From an uncultured Clostridia bacterium (GTDB taxonomy: Bacteria; Bacillota; Clostridia; Oscillospirales; CAG-272): DNA of 64,000 nt. The stretch covers positions 12,252 through 76,251 of the forward strand of contig CANQQT010000005.1 of the NCBI GenBank assembly GCA_947626065.1. Reading direction: 5' to 3'. Both the position numbers and the translations under genes were made by a program. A model generated the notes under the pieces. The model was given only the letters and a program-made list of their open reading frames with translations. It did not search any database and had not been told where the DNA came from. Of the stretch, positions 46,895-54,789 are shown in pieces (within the stretch, counting starts at the first letter, position 1; every line of letters begins with the position of its first letter).

Positions 46895-46987
46895 GAGACC
46901 GGCAAAAAACGCGAGGCGTTTATCTGCCGAAAAGCAGACATTTCATCGAAAGCGGAGCCTTCCGGAACAGCGCACCCGCGCCGTGGC

Positions 46988-49144
46988 TCAGAGCGCCCGG
47001 AGCTCCAGCAGGATTGCCGTTTCGCGCTCTCCGGTGAGCGGGAGGACAAGTCCCTTCCGTAGCTCCCGGCCCGTGTAGCTTGCCCCCGTCTTTTCGTCTT
47101 TATAGACGGCGTCGGGGAGCGCGTCAACCACGCGGAGGCGCTTGGTCTGCCCCTTCTTACAGCCCTCCTGCTCGACGACGGTAAGGAGAATCTCCTTCCG
47201 GTCCTCCGAGAGGTAATAATAGGCGGAATAGTCATGCGTAAAGGGAGAGACCAGCGGGTAATAGTCGCCCCGCCTCATCACGTGCTCAAACCGGCGGTAG
47301 GAAGCGATATGGGAACGGAGAACCTCCCGGCAGTCATCGGGGAGCTTGCGCACGTCAAACTCATATCCGAGCATTCCCGCGCAGGCCACCTTAAAGCGGA
47401 AGTCGAAGGCGTGCTCCGTCGCCTCGGCGGGCTTTCCGACGTGGCAGGACATCGTCGCCGCTGGGTAGCCGAGCAGCGCTCCGTACTGGATTCTCAAGCG
47501 GCGGTAGGGGGAAATCATATCGCTTGTCCAGATCTGGAAGCCGAAGGTCATCATCGCGAGGTCATACCGTCCGCCGCCGCCCGCGCAGGTCTCAATGATG
47601 GCCTCCGGGAAGTGCTGACGGAACCAGCTGAGGAGGCGATAGACGCCCTTCATATAGAGGAAGGGCACCGCCTTCTGCCCCGCCGTCGTCTCATACCGGG
47701 AGCAGATATCGGAGAGGTCGCGGTTGAAATCCCACTTGAAATAATCGATGGAGACGCCCCGGAAGGTTTCCTCAAAGCATCCCGTCAGATAATCGAAGAC
47801 GGCGGGATTGGACATATCGAGAACCAACTGATTTCGCGAACGCTTCGCCTCCCGCCCCGGCACCGAAAGGCACCATTCGGGATGGGCGCGGTAGAGGTCG
47901 GAGTCGGGGTTGATCATTTCCGGCTCGATCCAGATTCCGAACTTCACGCCACGGCGGTGAATGCCGTCGGCAAAGGCCTTCAGTCCGTCGGGGAATTTGC
48001 TCTTGTTCACAAACCAGTCGCCGAGCCCGGCGTTGTCCGCGTTCCGGGCGCCGAACCAGCCGTCGTCCATCACGAGCATATCCATGCCGAGATCCTTGGC
48101 CTCCTCCGCGAATTTGAGGAGAAGCTCCTGATCGATATTGAAATAGACGGCCTCCCAGCTGTTCAGCACCACCGGGTGCGGCAGCTCCACCGACTCCTTC
48201 GGCAGAATCGAGTGCCGGATGAAGCGGTGATAATTGCGGCTCATGCCACCGAGGCCCTCGCGGGAATAGGTCATCAGCGCCTCCGGGGAATCGAAGCTCT
48301 CCCCCGGCATCAGCGTATAGGCGAAGTTTTCGCTCCCCAACCCGACCAGCACGCGGGTGTTCCCGAGCGGGTCGACCTCGACCTCGTCAAGGAAGGAGCC
48401 AGAGTAGACGAAATGGAAGCCGAAGGCCTCTCCCTCCGTCTCGGTCGTCTTTTCCCCGCAGAGGGCGAAAAAGGAGTTGTGCTGATGGGAGGTGGAGCCC
48501 CGGCGGGAGCTCACCGACTGTATTCCGTAATGCACCGGGAAGCGCTCGACGTTGTTTTCGTAATTGTGCATCCCGTGCAGTGCCAGCATATGATAGCTGT
48601 GGCCCGGAAGGTCGAGCTGTAGCGGCATACACTTTTCGATCGTCACCGGGGCCTTTCCGTGATTCTCCAGCGTCAGCGAGCGGCTGATGGCGTTGTCGCG
48701 CTCAAAAACCGTATAGAGCAGGAGCAGGCGACAGCCGGTGACCTCATCCTCAAAGCAGAGCTCCAGCGTCTCGGTATCCTCCCCGGCCCTTGCGCAGGGG
48801 AGCCCTTCGGGGGTCTTCCTTCCCGGGAAAATCCGGAAGCTGCGGTAGGCAAATTCGGTCACGCCTGTGCCGTCCTCTCCGCAGAGGCGGAGAGCGGTGG
48901 CGCGGAAATCACCGGAGCCGAAAAAGGAGGTTTCCATTGACAACACGTCGGGGGAATATTCCTTCGCGCCCTCATAATAGGGGGAGTTGGAGACGACTCT
49001 TCCCTTCCATTCCGGGACTTCCCCGCCCTTTTTGCCGTAATAGCGGTGAACCGGGAAACGGTCCTTCATCATCTGAAGGACGTATTCGGTACTGTCGGTC
49101 GACAGAACGAACTTTTTCTCTTCTTCAAAATAGCGAATAGACAT
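46988..49144 (-). CDS. Alpha-galactosidase, GH36
   Basis: 718 aa. Contains MDDGWFGARN and DYFKWDFNRDL, with an N-terminus typical of AgaA-type enzymes. There is no obvious SD before the ATG. Confidence 0.85.
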   Translation of the reverse strand: MSIRYFEEEKKFVLSTDSTEYVLQMMKDRFPVHRYYGKKGGEVPEWKGRVVSNSPYYEGAKEYSPDVLSMETSFFGSGDFRATALRLCGEDGTGVTEFAYRSFRIFPGRKTPEGLPCARAGEDTETLELCFEDEVTGCRLLLLYTVFERDNAISRSLTLENHGKAPVTIEKCMPLQLDLPGHSYHMLALHGMHNYENNVERFPVHYGIQSVSSRRGSTSHQHNSFFALCGEKTTETEGEAFGFHFVYSGSFLDEVEVDPLGNTRVLVGLGSENFAYTLMPGESFDSPEALMTYSREGLGGMSRNYHRFIRHSILPKESVELPHPVVLNSWEAVYFNIDQELLLKFAEEAKDLGMDMLVMDDGWFGARNADNAGLGDWFVNKSKFPDGLKAFADGIHRRGVKFGIWIEPEMINPDSDLYRAHPEWCLSVPGREAKRSRNQLVLDMSNPAVFDYLTGCFEETFRGVSIDYFKWDFNRDLSDICSRYETTAGQKAVPFLYMKGVYRLLSWFRQHFPEAIIETCAGGGGRYDLAMMTFGFQIWTSDMISPYRRLRIQYGALLGYPAATMSCHVGKPAEATEHAFDFRFKVACAGMLGYEFDVRKLPDDCREVLRSHIASYRRFEHVMRRGDYYPLVSPFTHDYSAYYYLSEDRKEILLTVVEQEGCKKGQTKRLRVVDALPDAVYKDEKTGASYTGRELRKGLVLPLTGERETAILLELRAL

Positions 49145-49259
49145 CGTTTTTCATCGGAGGCGGAAGCCGCGCCCCGCGCCTTTCTTCGTTTTTTCTCCCG
49201 TCCGGGAAAGCCGGAGAGGACGGGGCCCGGAAACCCGGGGTTCCCCGTCCCCAATATAC

Positions 49260-50597
49260 TCAGTGTACGGTGACTTCCACCACCGCGTAGAGCGGCAGAT
49301 CCAGATAAGCGCTGTATTCGGTGGCGGCAACGGTATCCTTCCGGAAGAGAACGCAGTCTCGTTTCCCGTCAAGGATGCGGAATTCCACCTCTTTTTTGCC
49401 CTCCTTCATACCGGAAAGGGCCAGCTCCACCGTCGTGTCGCCGTGGTCGTCGTCGTCGTTGAAGTAGGAGAGCATCACTTCCCCCGTCTCTTTTCCGTCG
49501 TCCCCGACGCCCTTCGCCGCGCAGAGGTAAAAGTCGTCGTCGGCCCCGGTTTCTACCGCGGTGCCGAGGCGGTAAAGGTGATTGAACATCAGGAAGGGAT
49601 AATAGCCCTTGAGCGTTTCGCAGGGGATATCGGTCTTGAACATTCCGCAGAAGGTGCTGGGCCGCGAATCGTAATACATCAGAATATCCAGCGGCGCGTT
49701 CTGCCCCTCCGCCATCACGGCGGCGATAAAGCTGGCGCCCTTGATGTTTTTTATGGTGTGGTAAGAATAAATCAGCGGCTCATCCACCCAACCGCGGATG
49801 TAGTTCCATTCGTTCAGAATGCTCTCGGTTTTGGTATAACCGTATTTGTCAAGCAGCGCGCGGTAAAATTCCATGTCGGAAAGGACCTTTTTGGGGTCGT
49901 TTGAGTAGACGTGCCACGAGAAGAAGTCGAGGGGCGCCTTCAGCTGCTTCAGGAAGTCCTCCGCCCACTGCTTGTTGCAGGCCAGCGCCGGGCCGCCGAT
50001 TTTCAGCTCCGGGAAGCAGGATTTCAGGTGCGTGGCGGCGATATGATAGAGCTCGAAGAACTGGAGCTTGGTTCCGCCCCAGGTCGTTTTCTTCTCGGGC
50101 GGATCGTCGTCGGGATGAAGGTCGGGCTCGTTCCAGATCTCCCAGTATTCGATATCGTAGTGAAAACCGTCCGCCCAGCCGTAGTTATAGTGGCGGATAA
50201 TATGTTCGCAGATCACCGCCCATTTTTTGAAATCCTTCGGCGGCAGGGTTCCGTATTTCTTGACCATATGCTCGATACGGTTTCCGAGGCGGTAGAAGGG
50301 CTTCACGCCTCCTTCAAACATCGTTGCGATGAATTTGTCGGTAATCGGGAAATCGTAGGACTTTTCGTCGTAGGGATCGGCGTCGAAATTCGGAAAGATT
50401 CCGGCGATATCGATGACGAAATTCGAGCCGTAGGGAGAATAATAGGAGGTGTCGTGCGTTCTTCCGTAGGGAATCCCGGCCTCGCGGAAATAGGGGAGGT
50501 TGGTGGTGGTGCGGCTGATCGCCGGGCCGTTATTGACGGCGTGCATCGGCTTTACGCGACCGTTTTCCTTGGTAAAATCTACCGTAAGTTTTTTCAT
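49260..50597 (-). CDS. Clan GH-A glycoside hydrolase (GH39-like), no signal peptide
   Basis: Contains YWEIWNEPD (acid/base Glu context) and ILNEWNY (nucleophile context). Start at ATG 50597. Confidence 0.65.
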   Translation of the reverse strand: MKKLTVDFTKENGRVKPMHAVNNGPAISRTTTNLPYFREAGIPYGRTHDTSYYSPYGSNFVIDIAGIFPNFDADPYDEKSYDFPITDKFIATMFEGGVKPFYRLGNRIEHMVKKYGTLPPKDFKKWAVICEHIIRHYNYGWADGFHYDIEYWEIWNEPDLHPDDDPPEKKTTWGGTKLQFFELYHIAATHLKSCFPELKIGGPALACNKQWAEDFLKQLKAPLDFFSWHVYSNDPKKVLSDMEFYRALLDKYGYTKTESILNEWNYIRGWVDEPLIYSYHTIKNIKGASFIAAVMAEGQNAPLDILMYYDSRPSTFCGMFKTDIPCETLKGYYPFLMFNHLYRLGTAVETGADDDFYLCAAKGVGDDGKETGEVMLSYFNDDDDHGDTTVELALSGMKEGKKEVEFRILDGKRDCVLFRKDTVAATEYSAYLDLPLYAVVEVTVH

Positions 50598-50722
50598 GTG
50601 AAATCCTTTCTTCCATCGGTTGGAGCGGCGAAGTCTGAAAAGCGGTTTCACGTGGGGAGCGGCGGGGGCCGCCTTTCCCGTCTTCGGAAAACCTCAGCTT
50701 CCACCGAAAACTTTTCCATTTT

Positions 50723-50751
50723 ATTATATAGCAGTTTGCCCTCAAAGTAAA
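50723..50751 (-). promoter_or_regulatory. Candidate promoter of the GH39-like/GH36 genes
   Basis: Minus strand reads TTTACT, then 17 nt, then TATAAT. Confidence 0.45.
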
Positions 50752-51032
50752 GGGCTTCCGGCGAAAAAACGGGCTCAAATTTCCGTCGAAAGCCGCTGAA
50801 AAAATAAACTTTTCCGGCAATTTACGAAAAGATTTTATCCGGAAACGCGCGGCGGAACAGACTGTGCGCCTCTGCCCCGTCGGGCCCGCAAACCGGTGCG
50901 GCGGCGCGGTAGGAGCCGCCCGCCTGTGCGCCCAAAGACGTATAAAGACTGCGCTCAAGGTCACGCATAAAAGCCGCTTGCACGTAAAAAGCCGTCGTCA
51001 CCCAAAGTCACGCATAAAAACCTCTTACTCGT

Positions 51033-51066
51033 AAAAAAGCCGCGCCGGGAGCATTCCCGGCGCGGC
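51033..51066 (-). terminator. Intrinsic terminator after the first lipoprotein paralogue
   Basis: Minus sense reads GCCGCGCCGGGA-atgc-TCCCGGCGCGGC followed by T6. Confidence 0.75.
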
Positions 51067-51117
51067 AAAGGTCAGTCGATTTTGGGTCAAAAGGGCGAAA
51101 ACCCCGGCCCGTCTCCG

Positions 51118-52191
51118 TTATCCGCGAGGATCTCTTGCCGCTTCCTCGCAGTTCTTCACGACGTCTTCGTAGTTCTTGCCCGACGGGAGGATGGTCGCCA
51201 TCTTTCCGTCGCTGAGGCTGAACTGCGTCTTGTCGCCTTCCACCGTCACGTTGTAAACGGTGCAATTCTCCACCGAGGAGGTGGCGTTGTAGATACGGGA
51301 GGTGATGTAACCGAGCGTATTCACGCTTCCGCCCTTGACAAAGGTGATCTTGCTGTCGTAAACCCGGCAGTCGGTCGCCGTCACGGTCACGTCGTTGCTC
51401 GCGAAGGCGCCGACGATGAATCCGGCGAAGACGGGGCTCTGCTGATGGGTTTCCGGCACGTCGATGATGATTTCCTCATTTTCGACGGTCACTCTCGTCA
51501 CCGAGCCGCTGTTGATGACCGAGAAGAGGCCGTAGAAGCTTCCGTACTGCACACCGAGGTGCGCGGCCTTGGAGCCGGTCACTTTGAAATTCTTCACGGT
51601 GTGGCCCTGTCCGTCAAAGTTGCCATTGAAGGAGGCGCTCATACCGATCGGGAGCCATTCCTGCCCGTTCAGGTCGATATCGGCGTCGAGCAGAACCTTG
51701 TTCCCGTTGAAGTTGTTTCCCTTGATCACGTTGAACTCGTTGTAGCCCTCCTCGTCGGTGAGGTCGCCGTCCCCGTCGGTGTCGACGATGCTGATTCCGG
51801 CGTCGTCATAGTAAACGGATTTGCCGTTTGCGACGAGGTTGGTGAGGTAGGCAAGCCCGGCGAGATCGTAAGCGGTCTTGATGGAATAACCGTCGGTGCC
51901 GTTGCCGCTCAGATACCAGTCAAAGGCCATATGAATCCCGTCGTAGGGAGTCGTTACGTCAAAACCGGTTCCCGCCGGTTCGGTCTCGCTCGGTTCGGTC
52001 TCACTCGGCTTGGTCGCCGCGTCGGTGGCGGCGTCGGTGGCCTTGTCGGATTCGGCGGGCGTCTGCGCCTGCGTTCCTGCGGCCTCGGTTCCGGTGGTCT
52101 CCCCACCGTTTCCGCCCTTATTACAGGAAGCGAGAAGCAGAATTCCCATCACCATGCAGAGGGAGAGAAGAATGGCAATAAGCTTTTTCAT
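51118..52191 (-). CDS. Surface lipoprotein, paralogue 1 of the GLUG-motif-like family
   Basis: Starts MKKLIAILLSLCMVMGILLLASC (lipobox) after AAGGAG. Contains DADIDLNGQEWLPIG, FNGNFDGQGHTVKNFKV and YGLFSVINSG. Confidence 0.8.
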   Translation of the reverse strand: MKKLIAILLSLCMVMGILLLASCNKGGNGGETTGTEAAGTQAQTPAESDKATDAATDAATKPSETEPSETEPAGTGFDVTTPYDGIHMAFDWYLSGNGTDGYSIKTAYDLAGLAYLTNLVANGKSVYYDDAGISIVDTDGDGDLTDEEGYNEFNVIKGNNFNGNKVLLDADIDLNGQEWLPIGMSASFNGNFDGQGHTVKNFKVTGSKAAHLGVQYGSFYGLFSVINSGSVTRVTVENEEIIIDVPETHQQSPVFAGFIVGAFASNDVTVTATDCRVYDSKITFVKGGSVNTLGYITSRIYNATSSVENCTVYNVTVEGDKTQFSLSDGKMATILPSGKNYEDVVKNCEEAARDPRG

Positions 52192-52314
52192 GTTCAAATA
52201 CTCCTTTTTGTAAAAAGGCGGTGCCGCGTCCCGGGGAAAACCGTTCAGCGGCACAGCCAGCCGTTTGCCGCTCCGGAAGGGCTCGGGGGAGTCCTTCCGG
52301 AAGCGAATTACTTT

Positions 52315-53382
52315 TTATTCCGCGTAGGGGTCTCTGGTGAGAACGACGCAGTCCTTCACGCAAGCGGCAAAGTCTCCGCCACCGCCAACGGCGCCGACGA
52401 ACTGATTTTCGCAGATCGAGTACTTCGACGCATCGGCGTCGATCTTGACGTTATAAACTTCGCAGTCGGAGACGAGGCACTGAGCGGAATGGAGGTTACC
52501 GGAGATATAGCTGACGAGAGCCTGCTCGAGCTTACCGGTATTCTCAATCTTGATGGTCCAGTTGTAGACGTTGCAACCGGTGATCCGGTTCGTGCCGTCG
52601 CCCGCGCAGTTGGCGACCACGCCGCCCAGAGCGGCTCCGCCGCTCATGTGAGACTCGGGGTTGCCGAGAGTCGTCTCAAAGTTGTTGAGGGTCAGGTCGG
52701 TGATCGTCGCGCCGTTGATACATCCGAAGAAGCCGTAGTAGCAACCGAGGCTTGCGCCGGAGGTGTGCTTGGCTTCCTCTCCGCGAATCTTGAAGTTGGA
52801 AACGGTGTGTTCATTGCCGTTGAAAACGCCCTTGAAGGAGGTACCGACACCGATAGGCGTCCAGTAGTGGCCGTTCAGGTCGCAGTCAGCGTCAAGATTG
52901 ATGGTACAGCCGTCGAACTGAGAACCCTTGACAGCGTTGAACTGATTGTAGTTCGACTCGTCGTCGACACGACCGTCGCTGTTGGTGTCGGTGAGGAGCA
53001 TATAGCTGTCGTCAAAGTAGATGGTGACCTTCGTTCCGGCGGCGTGAACCAGCATGGTAAAGCCGACCAGATCGTAAACGTTCTTCAGCGTGTAGGTGGT
53101 GGTGGTGTTTTCAAGATACCAACCGAAGGAGGCGTTGATGCCGTCATAGGGCTGCGTGGTATCGAAGGAGGGAGCGGGGGGCTCGGTCACTTCCGCTTCG
53201 GTCGGAGCGGCCTCGGTAGCGGCGTCGGTGGACTTGTCGGATTCGGCAGGATTCTGCGCCTGCGTTCCGGAGGCCTCGGTTCCGGTGGTATCTCCGCCGT
53301 TTCCGCCCTTATTGCAGGCGACAAGCATCACGGAGCCCAGAACCATAAAGAGGGCGAGAAGAATAGCTGTCAGTTTTTTCAT
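52315..53382 (-). CDS. Surface lipoprotein, paralogue 2 of the same family
   Basis: Starts MKKLTAILLALFMVLGSVMLVAC (lipobox). Contains DADCDLNGHYWTPIG, FKGVFNGNEHTVSNFKI and YGFFGCINGA. The start could instead be ATG 53406. Confidence 0.8.
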   Translation of the reverse strand: MKKLTAILLALFMVLGSVMLVACNKGGNGGDTTGTEASGTQAQNPAESDKSTDAATEAAPTEAEVTEPPAPSFDTTQPYDGINASFGWYLENTTTTYTLKNVYDLVGFTMLVHAAGTKVTIYFDDSYMLLTDTNSDGRVDDESNYNQFNAVKGSQFDGCTINLDADCDLNGHYWTPIGVGTSFKGVFNGNEHTVSNFKIRGEEAKHTSGASLGCYYGFFGCINGATITDLTLNNFETTLGNPESHMSGGAALGGVVANCAGDGTNRITGCNVYNWTIKIENTGKLEQALVSYISGNLHSAQCLVSDCEVYNVKIDADASKYSICENQFVGAVGGGGDFAACVKDCVVLTRDPYAE

Positions 53383-53556
53383 GATTTTCTTTGCCTTTTC
53401 AGGCATCCTTTCTTATTTTGGCGGGAAAGCGCCCGGCGCTGTGCCGGTGAGATCCGCGCCTTTTTTTCCGCCCGGGCGTCCCGAAAGACGCCCGGTGCGG
53501 TAAGAATCAGGGATTGACGGGGCCGCCGCAATCGGTCGCCCGTCATGCGCCTTTAC

Positions 53557-54654
53557 TCAGCGGCGCTTTTTGCTGGAAACGAAACCGCAGGTGACAACAC
53601 CGGCAAGAAGCACGGTGGCAACCGAGACGGAAACCATATCCGCAGTCGAGGGGCTTCCTCCGGGAGTCGTCGCGGGCTTATATTCCTCGGTCAGGGAGTT
53701 GCCGTATTCCGCGGCCAGATAATCATTCTTATAGGACGCCGTGGATCCGAACAGCTTGTTGCCCGAGCGAAGAAGCTTGCAGCTTCCAAGCTCCTGCGTT
53801 TCCTTGAATCCGTTGATCTTTACGTTCGTCAGCGTGCCGACGCCGGAATCATTTTCCGGAGAAGGCATACCCATGATCGCACCGCCGCGGATGTCGCAGT
53901 TGCCGTCTTCGGTGGAATTATAGGTGTATACCAGATTGTTGATGGTGACCTTGTCGATGGTAGCGGCAGCCGACCAACCGACAACAGGGCCGGCCATGAG
54001 CGTGCCGGTAGCCTTATTGTCTGCCGTCGTTCCCTTTTTCCCGCCCGTAGCCATGATGGTTACCTGATCGAGGGTGACGTTCTTGAACGTCGCCTTATTG
54101 AAGTAACCGAAGAGGCCGACCGAGATAAAGCGGTCGCTCATGGTAACCTTCGTGCTGTCAAGATAAAGGTTCTTGATGGTATGGTTTTTCCCGTCGAAGG
54201 TTCCCTTAAAGGACGCCTTGGAGCCGCCGATCGGTCTCCACTCTTTTCCGGGGGCTCCGGCAAGATCGATGTCGGCGCCGAGCTCCACGGTTTTGCCCTC
54301 GAAGGCGTCGGTGACAAAGTCGAGCGAACCGGCCGCGTTTGCGGTGGACCCTTCGAGAATCAGATTCCCGGAAGCGTCATAATACAGCTTGTCGAGATCC
54401 GCGCCTTTGTCCGTGTTCTGCGGACGAAGAGCGGCGTCTGCCGACCCGACCAGATAGCTCAGTCCGAGCAGCTCCGCCGGAGTCTTGACCGTGAAGGTGG
54501 TTGCGCTTTTTGCCACACCGTCAACGTACCACTTCACGTTGGCGGTTTTGCCGTCCCAGCCCGCCGCTGAGGTCGGCAGAGCGAAGAGGACGCTGAATAC
54601 CGACAGGACAAGGGTAAGAGCCAGAATCACGCTGAGTTTTTTTGCCTGTTTCAT
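53557..54654 (-). CDS. Secreted surface protein, paralogue 3, with a C-terminal SPSTAD-TM-KKRR tail
   Basis: Signal peptide ...FALPTSAA/GWDGK. Contains GADIDLAGAPGKEWRPIG, FKGTFDGKNHTIKNLYL and VGLFGYFNKA. AAGGAGA RBS. Confidence 0.85.
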   Translation of the reverse strand: MKQAKKLSVILALTLVLSVFSVLFALPTSAAGWDGKTANVKWYVDGVAKSATTFTVKTPAELLGLSYLVGSADAALRPQNTDKGADLDKLYYDASGNLILEGSTANAAGSLDFVTDAFEGKTVELGADIDLAGAPGKEWRPIGGSKASFKGTFDGKNHTIKNLYLDSTKVTMSDRFISVGLFGYFNKATFKNVTLDQVTIMATGGKKGTTADNKATGTLMAGPVVGWSAAATIDKVTINNLVYTYNSTEDGNCDIRGGAIMGMPSPENDSGVGTLTNVKINGFKETQELGSCKLLRSGNKLFGSTASYKNDYLAAEYGNSLTEEYKPATTPGGSPSTADMVSVSVATVLLAGVVTCGFVSSKKRR

Positions 54655-54720
54655 TGCTTGTTTCTCCTTTAAAATAGATTTTTTATTTTGCACCCGCGCA
54701 CGATCTCCTGTGCGTCGGGA

Positions 54721-54754
54721 CAAAACCGAAGGAAATGGGAAACCGCCGTTTCCC
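54721..54754 (-). terminator. Weak terminator after the 981-aa gene
   Basis: Minus sense reads GGGAAAC-ggcg-GTTTCCC followed by ATTTCCTTCGGTTTTG. Confidence 0.4.
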
Positions 54755-54789
54755 GGGACAGGGACTCTTTCACGCGCTTTCGCGCCGGT

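Noticed and set aside
53472-53495. Strong hairpin CCGGGCGTC-ccgaaa-GACGCCCGG as the terminator of the 365-aa surface-protein gene.
   Set aside because: In the gene's (minus) sense the hairpin is followed by GCGGAAAAAAA rather than a U-run. The T-run precedes it on the plus strand. It is therefore not a canonical intrinsic terminator in either direction, and I did not list it as a feature.
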